Origin: Octopus bimaculoides
Lineage: Eukaryota
Direction: 5' to 3'
Assembly: GCF_001194135.2 (NCBI RefSeq)
Contig: NC_068994.1
Coordinates: 9,218,835-9,282,834, forward strand
DNA: 64,000 bases
A program made the translations under genes and the position numbers. The notes beneath the pieces were generated by a model. It was not told the DNA's origin. It did no database searches and saw only the letters and a program-made list of their open reading frames with translations. The stretch's first letter is position 1. The number at the start of each line of letters is the position of its first letter. Shown in pieces: positions 51,191-64,000 of the stretch.

Positions 51191-52986
51191 TTGACAGATA
51201 TGATCAAAAATTTAATGCAATAATTTCATTATCATTTCAGTAATGAATCCCTTCTCACCCTTTCAAATTCCAGCTAAACAAATGTATTTTAATAACATAA
51301 TTACATATCACATTTTTCAGTTTTGTCCTTCTCTCACTCCGTTGCACAAGCGTAACACGAACGGAGATACTTCCAAACAAGCACACACACACACACACAC
51401 ACACATCTACATTCACACACAAAAGAACGAAGTTCAAGGAAACTTGGAACAGCTTGCTAACACAAATGCTGTCGATCAAAGACTACATACACCAGCTGGT
51501 AGAAGATTTCAGTGGTCATTGAGAGCGAAGGCACAAGATTTTCCTGTCTCCCTCTCGACAGATTTACAGAGCACAGACTCCCTACACTGATATGTCCTCT
51601 GAATTGTCCTATAGAGATCCTTGAGGATAGCATTTGCTGGTCAATGTTGGACACTATTTGATAGAAACCACAATCTCAGCCTGGTCCCAAACATCCACTA
51701 CATCCACCTTGAACAGGAAAGTGTACTATCCTCCAACCAGCCCATCTACAGTCTCCTAGTAGCGACTCATAAATCTAGTCCTTCCTAACATGGGCTGCAT
51801 CAAAATTGAATTCCTGTGGAACAGTTAGTTTAACAAGACGTATTATCATAGGTTCCTCATAATACATTGTCATATCCGACTTTTATTTCAACTAAAATTT
51901 TGACGTCTACAACTGATTTGTATTAAATTACTTAGAACGCAGCTATTACAATTCGATATAAAACTTAAAATAATAGCTGCATAAATTTCGAACATCAAAA
52001 CGGAATGACGTAGACTACACGTAACAATGGATGACACGACTAATTCATATTCATTACACATTCACCTGCCGTTTCAACAAGAAGCACTATAAACTTAGTG
52101 TAAACCAAGTAACTATGGCAAAGTGCAAGTGACACGAATGTAGCTATAATTTCTAAAGCGTTAACCCAAGATATCAATAGTTTCATGACAGAAAGTTATT
52201 AGCACGCAATTAAATACTTAGCATTTTAAATCTGAAGCATTTAAAATATAGGATTCGTAAAATCTCAAAGCATATACGTATATATGTATGCGTATAACTA
52301 ATTGTTAACGCACACGGTCATACAAAGGCCCGCGCAGACACGCACAGACACATAAACGCGCGCGCACTCACAAAAGCACACACACTCTCGCGCATACACA
52401 TATATATATGTTAGTTATAAGTAGCTGTTAGATTTTTGGCTGATTTGAAATCAGGCGTCTATTTGGCGCTAAATTTCGAAACCGGTACCAACTTGACCAG
52501 CATTGCTTGTTCTGACCGAGCAAAGGTAAAACATTATTGTTCACTGACATTTGTAGATTTTGACTATTCAGTGGCACGGAAGTATCTTTTGAGCTCTATT
52601 TATAGCGATGTAGGTGCTCATTTAGTGCCCTTATGTATATATGTACATATCTAATATTAATTAATATTTTATTCATTTGCTTGTACGGCTGATAATTCGC
52701 TTGCCACTCGTGACGATATTTTATATCCCTCGTGGTATTTTATATGTTAATCTTGGCTTTTCCGCTGATGATAGCTAACCTTGCAAAACATTTTATTTTG
52801 CTAAAACAAAGCTTGAAATCATGGTCCGAAAATGGATGATAAATGTTTTTATTTTTCATTCCCTTTCGAAATATCCCTAGTTGAGTTTTGGAGTTTTGAC
52901 TAAGCCTTCTAGTGGGTTAGATGTTCTATTATAGACATATCTCTGATGTGTTTAAATGTACACTGTATATATATATATATATATAT

Positions 52987-53951
52987 NNNNNNNNNNNNNN
53001 NNNNNNNNNNNNNNNNNNNNNNNNNNNNNNNNNNNNNNNNNNNNNNNNNNNNNNNNNNNNNNNNNNNNNNNNNNNNNNNNNNNNNNNNNNNNNNNNNNNN
53101 NNNNNNNNNNNNNNNNNNNNNNNNNNNNNNNNNNNNNNNNNNNNNNNNNNNNNNNNNNNNNNNNNNNNNNNNNNNNNNNNNNNNNNNNNNNNNNNNNNNN
53201 NNNNNNNNNNNNNNNNNNNNNNNNNNNNNNNNNNNNNNNNNNNNNNNNNNNNNNNNNNNNNNNNNNNNNNNNNNNNNNNNNNNNNNNNNNNNNNNNNNNN
53301 NNNNNNNNNNNNNNNNNNNNNNNNNNNNNNNNNNNNNNNNNNNNNNNNNNNNNNNNNNNNNNNNNNNNNNNNNNNNNNNNNNNNNNNNNNNNNNNNNNNN
53401 NNNNNNNNNNNNNNNNNNNNNNNNNNNNNNNNNNNNNNNNNNNNNNNNNNNNNNNNNNNNNNNNNNNNNNNNNNNNNNNNNNNNNNNNNNNNNNNNNNNN
53501 NNNNNNNNNNNNNNNNNNNNNNNNNNNNNNNNNNNNNNNNNNNNNNNNNNNNNNNNNNNNNNNNNNNNNNNNNNNNNNNNNNNNNNNNNNNNNNNNNNNN
53601 NNNNNNNNNNNNNNNNNNNNNNNNNNNNNNNNNNNNNNNNNNNNNNNNNNNNNNNNNNNNNNNNNNNNNNNNNNNNNNNNNNNNNNNNNNNNNNNNNNNN
53701 NNNNNNNNNNNNNNNNNNNNNNNNNNNNNNNNNNNNNNNNNNNNNNNNNNNNNNNNNNNNNNNNNNNNNNNNNNNNNNNNNNNNNNNNNNNNNNNNNNNN
53801 NNNNNNNNNNNNNNNNNNNNNNNNNNNNNNNNNNNNNNNNNNNNNNNNNNNNNNNNNNNNNNNNNNNNNNNNNNNNNNNNNNNNNNNNNNNNNNNNNNNN
53901 NNNNNNNNNNNNNNNNNNNNNNNNNNNNNNNNNNNNNNNNNNNNNNNNNNN
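52987..53951. other. Largest of 20 assembly gaps. The others start at 332, 3219, 7290, 8084, 9111, 11106, 17449, 20605, 23404, 25092, 33727, 35555, 39188, 41421, 42694, 43817, 48230, 49351 and 58292.
   Basis: N-runs, most flanked by (TA)n, (TG)n or other simple repeats. Confidence 0.98.
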
Positions 53952-54120
53952 ACCGCTTCCTGTCGGCCTTGACACATTTCCTGTGTCCTTATGTTTACAA
54001 GGGGGAGAGAAGCACCTCCACCCAGCTAAGCCTGCATCCAGAGACATGTTTCTGAGTCTTTGCTCATCATCAGTCTGGAGTAGCATGACTTGCTAGTCGA
54101 AGATGCCTGTCGAGCTCTTG
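53952..54120 (-). mobile_element. GC-richer repeat fragment carrying the hammerhead; probable Penelope-like pseudo-LTR or retrozyme piece, cut off by a 965-nt gap
   Basis: GC content is higher than the flanks and it contains the hammerhead. No RT or GIY-YIG sequence is visible, so the classification rests on the known link between such minimal hammerheads and Penelope-like elements. Confidence 0.45.
54037..54079 (-). ncRNA. Minimal type I hammerhead ribozyme motif with palindromic stem III (Penelope-like/retrozyme type)
   Basis: Minus strand reads UCCAGA-CUGAUGA-UGAG-CAAAGA-CUCA-GAAA-C-AU-G-UC/UCUGGA. Stem I is 6 bp (UCCAGA:UCUGGA), the CUGAUGA and GAAA core is intact, stem II is 4 bp, stem III is the palindrome ACAUGU, and the GUC triplet predicts cleavage between 54043 and 54042. 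Confidence 0.85.
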
Positions 54121-54294
54121 TAAACATATAATAATTCTAGTGAAATACATTCACTGATTTCAAATTTAGAAATAATACATTTCTAAATCTCTCAGAGAGA
54201 TTTATGCAGTAGTGATACGATGAAGTAGTTGTATGCTGTCAACTTAATGTGACAGTCCCCTGAAGGGAATAATACTGTTGTTGGTTAGACCTAG

Positions 54295-54555
54295 GATGAA
54301 ACACTGTTAAGCATTTTGTCCAGTGTGCTAATGATTCTGCCAGCTCTCCTTTCAATTATGGGCACATGGTCTGAAATATTGTGGGAGGGGACAATTCGGT
54401 AACATTGACTCCACTATTCAACTGGTACGAAGTTTATTGATAACAAAAGGATAAAAGGCTAAGTAGACGTTGGTGGAATTTGAACTCGGAACATGAAGAA
54501 GAATGAAATACTGTTGAGCATTTTGTCCAGCATGTTAAAAATTCTGCCACAGACT
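54295..54555 (-). mobile_element. Degenerate family B SINE fragments
   Basis: AGCATTTTGTCCAGTGTGCTAATGATTCTGCCAGCTC and GGTGGAATTTGAACTCGGAAC..GAGCATTTTGTCCAGCATG are present. Confidence 0.5.
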
Positions 54556-55669
54556 ACATATAAAAACAGATGGACTCTGGACATAGGTGCAGTGAGTCAC
54601 AAGGGTGAGGGACACATCAATCTGTCACACTATCACATTGGTAGTCACTGATGCATAACATCAAGGGCGTCAGTGGGGTAGGGAAAGTTTTGTTGTAATG
54701 ACTGCACCGGTTATCTTGGATTACATTATTTTTATGTGTTTTTTGTCTTCACTTTTCATGGTGTTTTGTAACTGGTTGCCTAATGCATCTACACCCTTTC
54801 TTTATGGTATATATGAGATAGATGTGTGTGTGTGTATGTGTGTGTGTGTGTGTGTGTATGTGTGCTGTACAACTGTCAGTGAGTCTTAGAGAATGGTTGT
54901 TTATTTATCTCTAGGAAGAATGGAAAGGTAACGTGGGTGTGAATATACAATCTAATGTACTCTGCACTATAATCACATTTCGTTTAAAATCTTGCATATA
55001 TATTAATGTTTACACTAATTCATACCTACAAATTGGTTGAACAATGCTAGAATAATAACGAATTTTATTCACTGTGTAATTGCCTAAAATTGTTTATGCA
55101 TATAATTACATGGACGATGGCACAAAAAAAAAAAAATCAATCGATCAAGTACATGTATATTATCAGTTTGTTTGCTGGTATCTGCGTTTCTGTTTCTTTA
55201 TAAACCACTGTTCTCTCACTTGTTCACACAGATACAGAGATACAGAGTCAGGCACACATGCGCAAAGACGCACCGCATACACACACACACATACACACAG
55301 TCACATATGTGTAAATATATACACATATTGGAAATAATTTATATATGCATATGTCTGATATACGCACGTATATTTCAAGGAATATGTGCCTACATAATGT
55401 TCTCTAAAATCCTTCATGATACATGTGAACATGTGGTATAGCTGGCGTTTTCTTAGACCTCATGTTCGGCATTTAAGTGTATGTGTAATGCAGTGTTTGT
55501 GCAATGAAAGGGAAAATGAACAAACACCACTTTGATTTATTACATCTTGAATGTAAGTTCAACTAAATACATTCAAGTAATGCCATTTTGTTTAGGACAG
55601 GTATAATTACCACACAGGGACATGTATCATACTTCAAAAGGAAGTGGTCTTGTGTGGATCACATCCCTT

Positions 55670-55868
55670 TTACTCAACATAGTCACCGTTTTCTCAATAG
55701 CAATGTTCCACCGTCGAATGAGAACATGAATCCCTGCCCCGTAACATTTTGTTGACTCTTCTTTGAGCCACTTCTTCACAACAATTTTCACTTCCTCGTC
55801 ACTGGAATAAGTTTGCCTCTCAAACTCTCTTTTCTGAGGCCGAAGAGATGATAGTCTGACGTGGAAGG
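55670..55868 (-). mobile_element. Mariner (Tc1/mariner) transposase C-terminal remnant with frameshifts
   Basis: Reads SDYHLFGLRKESLRGK/YSSDEEVKIVVKKWLKEESTKCYGAGIHVLIRRWNIAIEK/NGDYVE* across two 1-nt frameshifts, matching the mariner C-terminus (PSDYHLF...SDEEVK...W...GDYVE). Confidence 0.82.
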
Positions 55869-55945
55869 GAAACCTGTAAATAAAGACTCACAACGCCCGG
55901 TTTGGGATTCGAAACCGCGATCCTACCACCACTAGGCCATTGCCC

Positions 55946-55947
<2 letters not shown>
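55869..55947 (-). mobile_element. Truncated family D SINE head abutting the mariner remnant
   Basis: GGGGCAATGGCCTAGTGGT..GTAGGATCGCGGTTTCGAATCCCAAACCGGGCGTTGTGAG matches 20300-20385. Confidence 0.65.
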
Positions 55948-55987
<40 letters not shown>

Positions 55988-58244
55988 TGTATGCATATTA
56001 ACAATCACTCATATACACATATAGTGAACCACATTCGCAAACCCACATACACACTCACACACATAAACACAGAGTCGACGTAATACATTAACTGTGTATG
56101 TACCTTTGGTCCTTGTTTTTGTTGTTATATCTATCTTCACATTCGGTTTCCTTATATATATATATATATATATATACAGACATGCACTCACACAGCTCGC
56201 GCACACACAGGCACACACACACAAGCACACACACACAAACACACACACACATATATATCACATTCATTATTTTCTCTTTGATCCTTATATCGTATTCACT
56301 ATTTCATCCAAAATGTATTTCTTATATTTTCTTTCACTTTCATACTGGACTAACTGCATTTAGACAACCCCTCTATTTTCTAACAGGATATAAATATGTA
56401 TATATTGAAAGCACTGCAAAAGTTTACGATGTCGAGGAGTATTCGAACAGGTGATATATATAGTTTTTTAACGACTATTTTTCCCCTATGGCATTTTCGC
56501 GATGGCATGAACCGAAATAGATACGGCAACTATTTTAACAGATACAGTGATTATGTGAAATGTTTCTGATACCTTCTTGTATTTGTACTTAAGGCGGAAT
56601 TTGATGCATCTCGATTTATCTACCTCACCACAGCAGCAGTGAAAAGATCAAGTCTTTGATATTATATTTTACGATCTTCTCAAGTGTACGCTTTAGTTAT
56701 ATTGCTAGAGCTTCTTTGATTTTTTATATTGCTAGTTAGGTTTTAAGTAACAAAATACATCATAAATGTTCCTTTCAATCTGCTTTCGGTAATATTCTAA
56801 TCTACCTACATCTGTGGCTCATAATATGCGTAACAAATGAAGGATTTGCACAGAAAATTACTTGCATGTATAAACACTTCTTAACAGTGAGGCATGTTTC
56901 CTTCATTTCTTCAAACAGCTATACGATTAAACTTCAGCTATGCACTACAGGCAAATTAAGTTCTATTTACTGATATGAAAATAAAAAAAAAAACAAACAA
57001 AAAAAAATTCTGACTTAGAAGTTTCAATAGGAAATTACGTTTTGTTTGATTTTACATGGATATATTACAAATTCAAAGTTATAATTGATATTTACCGAAT
57101 CTGCTAACTGCACAAAATCTGAGTTATACTCCTGTTGTTGTTTGTGAAAGCTTTTGAACTTGTGATTAAGATCGTATGATCGTGGTTTCGATTCCTGCTC
57201 GATCGATGCTACGTATTCTTTTATCATAACATTTCAGGTCACGTTCTTCTATCCCCTACAGATAAGAATGAGTGCCAGTAACAGCTGGAGTCTTTTCTTA
57301 TGAGAAACGCAGCAATGAAGCAGTCGAAAGCATTGCGCTCTCCGTTATACACCACGAAGTGCCGATCTAATGAACCATTTGGCTTGTAAATTCTATAGTC
57401 GTAACAGCGGTTGCTTATCCTCACAGGTTAACATCGATCAACAATAATCCAACATATGACTGTTCTCTTTTTGTACATATCAGGGGTTACATTTTTCGAT
57501 ATTTTCTTCTGTTGCTCAGACAGTTTCCATTTATATGATGAGCGTCATTATTTTGTTGATATACTAAATATTTTATTTGCGAAATATAGTTCCGCTTTAT
57601 AACTGTGGTAGTCAATTTCTTTTGGTATACCAAATGTATTGAATGCTGATTTATACCGTTTTAAAAGTCAAGACAATGCTGGTTGCAAAAATAAAGTATT
57701 ATCTTTCCGATATTTCTAAAATAGACACTGTCCAGGAAGAGATAAACAGAAAATCGTAAGTCAGGAAAGTTAAAAAAAGAAATAATGGAATTTGAAAATA
57801 AAATCTCATAAAGTACATAGACACACGAACGTGTGAACAACCGAAATCGACCTCGAGAAAGAAAAGAGTTCTTCTCTCCATGTGACCATGTGTCTCGTAG
57901 AGATAAAGACAAACATACAAGCCTATCACTCTTTATCTCACCTTTTAGATCCGGTGTCAAAAGTTATCGTTACATCTCCAGAGACCAATGAAATTTTATG
58001 ATTTCTGGTATGAGATATCATCTCATGTCTTTAAATTATATTCACTCTCTCTGTCTCACTCGCTCTGTCTCTGTCTCTCTCTGTATGTCTGTATGTCTGT
58101 ATGTCTGTCTGTCTGTCTGTCTGTCTCTCTGTGCTGATAATTTGTCCATGTATATATATATGAGGAGATATTGAGCATGAGAGGTGAGAAAGAGATAAAA
58201 ATATATTTCTAAAAATGTATTGATTCAGTTGGAGTGTATATATA

Positions 58245-58282
<38 letters not shown>

Positions 58283-60339
58283 CTATATATANNNNNNNNN
58301 NNNNNNNNNNNNNNNNNNNNNNNNNNNNNNNNNNNNNNNNNNNNNNNNNNNNNNNNNNNNNNNNNNNNNNNNNNNNNNNNNNNNNNNNNNNNNNNNNNNN
58401 NNNNNNNNNNNNNNNNNNNNNNNNNNNNNNNNNNNNNNNNNNNNNNNNNNNNNNNNNNNTATATATATATATATTGTTCTTGTTCTTTAATGCTCTCTGA
58501 ACTGTGTGTTTAATAAATTATATTATGAAAACAACTTTGCTACTTGACACAATCGAGATGGGGGGCGTAAAATGCAGGCAAAAAATAAAACTTCAGTTCA
58601 AAAAAAGATATGAAATCACACATCAGAAATATGCAATACCATTTGTTTACTGAAATGTAAAAAGTATTCATGATAATGCTTCAAAAGTAAGTTTACGTTT
58701 GGTAGCGTACTTATTTTACTATCATGATACGCCAAGGGACTTAGGTGAAAGGTACCCTACCAAGAAAAGTTCATTTTCAATAGAGAATTATTTACATATT
58801 CCAATCGCTACACAAAGTTGCCCACCTTATCCCTATATCAGAAATGGGGCGAGTTTAAGAACTAAATACCCGAAGAAAAACATTGCATTTTTTTTTTCTT
58901 ACAGATTTATTTTATAATCAATTATATTTTATTCGAAATACGATAACCCCAGATGGCCAACGCTAATATTATGCTCAACAATTGCAAGGAATAAATGATA
59001 CTTTTAGAACCTGCCCTCAATCAAAGACACGCCTTCCTACACTATTACAATGATCCAGCACACACTGCCAATGTGACCAAGGGCAAACATGAGGAATTTA
59101 AGGGGCTGAAGTGCTACCTCTCCCTGCCTGCTCTCCAAAGCTTGCCATAGTTCATTTCCTGCATGTGTGGGAATCAGTAATATGGATGCGGGTGCAAACA
59201 AATGCGGGAAACTTTCTGCTTCTAAACTAGCCAAATGTTATCCGCGCGTGGAATGGAGAATCTGGCACAACGATAGCAACAGACTATGATGGGATATATT
59301 GAAGAAACGCTTTCCAATGTAATTTGTTTCAAATATTAGTTTAAAGAATTTTCATTCAATCTTGTATCTGCCAGTAAGGGTCGAAGCAATCAGCTTGACC
59401 TCCCACCAAAACTGCTAGCGCTTGACAATACATATATGTATGTGTGGATGAGTTTGAGTTTGTGTGTGTGTGTGTATGCAGTAGCAGTTTTTGATGAGAG
59501 GGTAAGTTTAGTATATGATGTATGACAATCACAAACATAAGTACATGCACATAAATTTATATGTGTGTGTGTGTATATATATATATATATGGATATGGTA
59601 CGATCATGTTATGTGTGTATTTATGTCTGTGTTCTTCCCACAACATCGCTACATAACGTGTTGGTTTCTTTTTTTCCGTTACACAGATTTTCTACAAAAA
59701 AGGCCCGATAGAATATGATGTAACAGACGTAAAATAAAAAGAAAAGATACTGCCTAGTTGCTGCGCTAGACCTCTCATGACGGCATTAAAATGACCCTAA
59801 TCCATTGAAAAAGCACAATTTGAGACTTACGTAGATAAAACAAATTTTACGTAGATGTGCACACGTGAATATGTAAAATTATGTAGAAAATATCAATGAA
59901 TTTGAGAACGTGATGTTAGGAATAACTATATCCTGAATCAACATATCAGCAATATAAATGAAAGAAGGAAATGTTTGGTTGTTCGTAAAAAATATGCAAA
60001 GAGGCACATTAGATGGTGAATTAAATAGTTGGTCTGTCAAGAAGAAATGGCTACAAATATTACTGAACTCTTCTACTGGCTTCATTAAATGCGCCATAAA
60101 TTAACAAATCGAAAAAAAAGCTATAGGAATGAAATTGATCTTAGAAATTTAGCTACTGTTTTCTCCGCAAATTGCAGTAAATGTATTCATTAGCAGAAGA
60201 TGGGAACGCAGCACGTCAATGCATGTTTGGATGGTTACAAGCAGCTTTCATTTTAAAAAGAATATATCCAGAAAGAAAATTGGTATAAGTTATGCCGCAA
60301 CATAACAGAACGTTTCAATCATTTAGCAACTGAATATTG

Positions 60340-60530
60340 TAACAGTAGTAGCAGCAACAACCACGGCAGTAGTAGTAGTAATAGTAGTAGTAGTAGTAGT
60401 AGTATTTGTTGTGGTTATTGTTGTTGCTGTTGTGATGGTAGTGGCGGTAGTGGTGGTAGTCGTCGTTGTAGCAGTAGTATCAGTAACAGCCCTAGCTGTA
60501 GTAGTAGTCGTATCCGTAGTAGTAGTAGTT

Positions 60531-60564
<34 letters not shown>

Positions 60565-60625
60565 CAACAGCAGCAGCAGCAAAAGCGGTAGTAGTAGTAG
60601 TTGTTGCTTTTGTTGTTGTAGTAGG
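60340..60625. repeat. Degenerate (GTN)n / (GTA)n array
   Basis: Read directly; explains the poly-V and poly-T ORFs. Confidence 0.9.
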
Positions 60626-60764
60626 ACTACTCCGGGGTGTCCGCCGTCGTGGTGGTTTTATTCGTGATATGAAAAAAATGGCGATCGGTAAAGAGAAAGA
60701 TAACGAAAACGAAAACCAGGAACACACCGACCACGGTATTGACATCAGCTGTCATTATTCCATC

Positions 60765-60776
60765 CAAGATGGCGAC
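60765..60776 (+). promoter_or_regulatory. YY1-like motif CAAGATGGCGAC
   Basis: Matches the AANATGGC(G/N) consensus in a locally CpG-richer stretch; related motifs at 60675-60683 (+) and 63458-63469 (-). Confidence 0.3.
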
Positions 60777-61364
60777 ATGAGTATCAGAAATGATTACGAA
60801 ACTCTAAAATAAGACACACGCTCTCAAATAAAGAAGATTTGAAAACAAAGAAGACCCATCAATAAACAAAAGACCGAGACGTAAGCAAGAAAACCATCCA
60901 GATGCAGTTTTTATTCATACTATATTTTTGTTTTCGTTGTTTAGCTTCTGCTACGAATACCAGAAAATGCGCTACATTCAAGTGCTATAGTCTTATGGAA
61001 TAAGGGAAGTTGTTGAGGTCTCTGTAGAAGGTTAAACAAGCTTGGAGCCTTTGAATATGTATCAACACATTATTAATTCGACGACAGATATTTAAAAGAT
61101 TTTAATAGCGAATATGAAGTAACAACAACGTGTTTTCGTGTCTCTTTTGCCGGTTAATAGAGGTCGACATACATTGTTATTTAGAAACAAAAAAAAAAAG
61201 CGCAGGATAAATATTAAGAATTGATGAAATGATACGAAAGAAAGAACGTCATACAAAAGAATCGCTCGAACGGCTTAACACATATTCGTTAACTCCCACG
61301 CGACGAACAATAACAGTTTTAATAGAGCCTGAAACAAATCCACGTAAGCAGAAGAAGAATCATA

Positions 61365-61775
<411 letters not shown>

Positions 61776-62011
61776 GAATTCGAAGTCCATGAAGAAAGAT
61801 GTCTTCTATTTTCCTTTACATCGATTCATGTCTTCTTTCATTTTCCACTTTGTAATTCACGAATTTCATTCATTCATTCATTCATTACCTCACACATTCC
61901 TTTTTCAACGTATCGAAATGCATTTTACAATCTGTCGTTTAAGCAGAAAGAAGAACTGCACTAAACAAGCAAAGGCATCCAAGACGCCGACGATAATAAC
62001 GTTAATGGTAC

Positions 62012-62073
<62 letters not shown>

Positions 62074-62490
62074 CATTGCCTTTGCACAGCTTCAAACGCT
62101 GGAGAGGTACTACCAGTGAACTAAGGTATCACCTTTTATTTTTCTGAGTATTCGAGCGGTTCAAAGCACTGCTGTTTTCTGTAAGTGCCCTGCCCTTATT
62201 GCAGCCCCTATTTGTTTTTTTTTCTTTTGCTCACTGTTCCCAGGGCTCCGATAATTATTGGTACTACTGCTACCTTTTCCATCGACCACGACTGCTTAAC
62301 TTCCCAAGCTACCCTGTCATATCTCTCGACTTTTCTTTCTTCCTTATCGCATACCTTATTGTCAGCTGGGCATGCTATGTCTATGATCCAGCATAGTTTG
62401 TTTTCTTTCTCAATTAATACTATGTCCGGCTTCCTATTCTCTACCTCATGGTCGCACTGAATCATAAAATTCCATAGGATCTTTGCATTT
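62074..62490 (-). mobile_element. 5'-truncated R4/Dong-clade non-LTR retrotransposon 3' end (REL endonuclease domain) with a (TAA)n tail
   Basis: Translation NAKILWNFMIQCDHEVENRKPDIVLIEKENKLCWIIDIACP...VERYDRVAWEVKQSWSMEKVAVVPIIIGALGTV carries the RKPD..D PD-(D/E)xK-type motif. After a frameshift it continues LQKTAVL*TARILRK, then a short 3'UTR and (TAA)n at 62013-62073. Same-polarity TAA units also lie at the 5' junction (62492-62503). Confidence 0.88.
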
Positions 62491-62668
62491 CTATTATTAT
62501 TAACTCAGAAAGTAAAAGCGGACGAAATGCTATTTGTCCGGTGTGCTAACGATAGTGCCAGCTCGCAGCCTTCATAATAACATGCAATACCACCACCACT
62601 ACCACGGCGACGACGACCACCACCACAACCAACAACAACAAGAATAAAAATACAAAGAGAAGGAAGCT

Positions 62669-62734
<66 letters not shown>

Positions 62735-63964
62735 CAATGGTAATACATAATTAAAAAATAACGATACGGAAGGAGAAAAATCTAAAGATTTATTTCCTTC
62801 GTTCCAAGACAATATATATTTCTTAAGTTTAACGATTTCTCGTTATTTCTGAATAGAGAATAGCTTACCTATATACACATTGTTCTCAGAAGAATAGATA
62901 TGCCTTATGAAAAACGTCGATTATAATTCTGTTTATTCTGCTATTCCCCTTCGAATTCCACCTCATCGGTAGCAGCAGAAGTAGCCTCATTATAAAAAAA
63001 TAAACACATCCCCAACATTCTCAGCATCGTGTTTATGATCATCACCATCATCATCATCATCCTCATCATCCTCATCGTCATCGTCGTTGTCATCATCATC
63101 ATCATTGTCATCGTCGTATTTGTCGACGACGTAACGGGCGTCTCGTCCTCATCGTCAAAAATAAACGTTTAGAACAAAAGAAAGATTTCTTCTACGCCGA
63201 AACATCATCTCTGTCGTCGTTTGTTTCTGTTTGTTACGGGGAATAGCCCTTTTTCAATCCGGAATACGATTTAACCATTTTCTCGTTAGCTTAGTACCCA
63301 TGCAATTTTCGTCATTCAAGTTTACTTGGTTAATATACTGTGCCATGTACTAAACCCGAAAAAATCCTATACCTGTTATCATATGCATCTAAAACTTCAT
63401 AAACTAAACTACATTCATCTTTGAATTTGGCAGAGAAATATTTTAGAGATATTTTCGGCGGCCATATTTTTATTGCAAACTAACTGATCTCGCAGACGCC
63501 ACTTGTTCGGCGAGAATTTTGTGATGCCGAGGATTACGATGGGAAAAACGATCAAAAAGCTTATCAGATTACTAATAATATAGTCATTTGTTTTTTGTAT
63601 ACAGCTTTTTTTTTTGTATACAAGATCTCCACTTATCGACAGGATGTGTTTTCATCTCGTAGCGCTGACCACTTGGGAAAATGGATATCATATGAGAACA
63701 AAACGGACGCACAAACACCCAGAAACCTTAAAGCCAGTTTCTCAGCGTTTATTATTATATACAGTGCATTATATATTGATTGCTTATTACAGTTGAAGCA
63801 GATGGACCGATATGTTACTTGATAAACGATACCCTGACACAGAAGACATTTGCGTTTAAAGGTTATAAGTTTCGTTGAAGGTTCATATTGTTGTATATAT
63901 CTACACATGTGGAGTAGAATATATATCAATATGTATGTGTATAAATATGCTTGTATCTATCTAT

Positions 63965-64000
<36 letters not shown>

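Noticed and set aside
51420-51800. Possible RTE-like LINE remnant (DYIHQLVED)
   Set aside because: The match is one short motif with stops nearby, too weak to call.
60323-60812. Mucin-like poly-Thr ORF (-) and poly-Val ORF (+)
   Set aside because: A degenerate (GTN)n array produces both frames automatically, and there is no independent coding evidence.

Overview
This is a very AT-rich, repeat-dominated eukaryotic draft scaffold with 20 N-gaps, most of them bordered by (TA)n or other simple repeats. The SINE families and the microsatellite load are typical of octopus (coleoid cephalopod) DNA; that assignment is an inference from repeat signatures, not a database result. No host protein-coding gene can be named with confidence. 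Most ORFs in the track come from microsatellites or N-runs, and a few weak exon candidates are listed separately. Supportable content: many tRNA-derived SINE copies of at least four families, the 3' end of an R4/Dong-type LINE with an REL endonuclease inside a (TAA)n tract, a CR1/L2-group LINE 3' end that shares its tail with a neighbouring SINE, a mariner transposase remnant, and an internally deleted Helitron that keeps seven 23-aa STPR-like repeats and a canonical 3' terminus. The most notable item is a structurally complete minimal type I hammerhead ribozyme motif on the minus strand (54037-54079) with a palindromic stem III, the kind associated with Penelope-like elements and retrozymes. 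Two degenerate hammerhead-like remnants occur elsewhere. I found no evidence of a wholly new multi-gene system.
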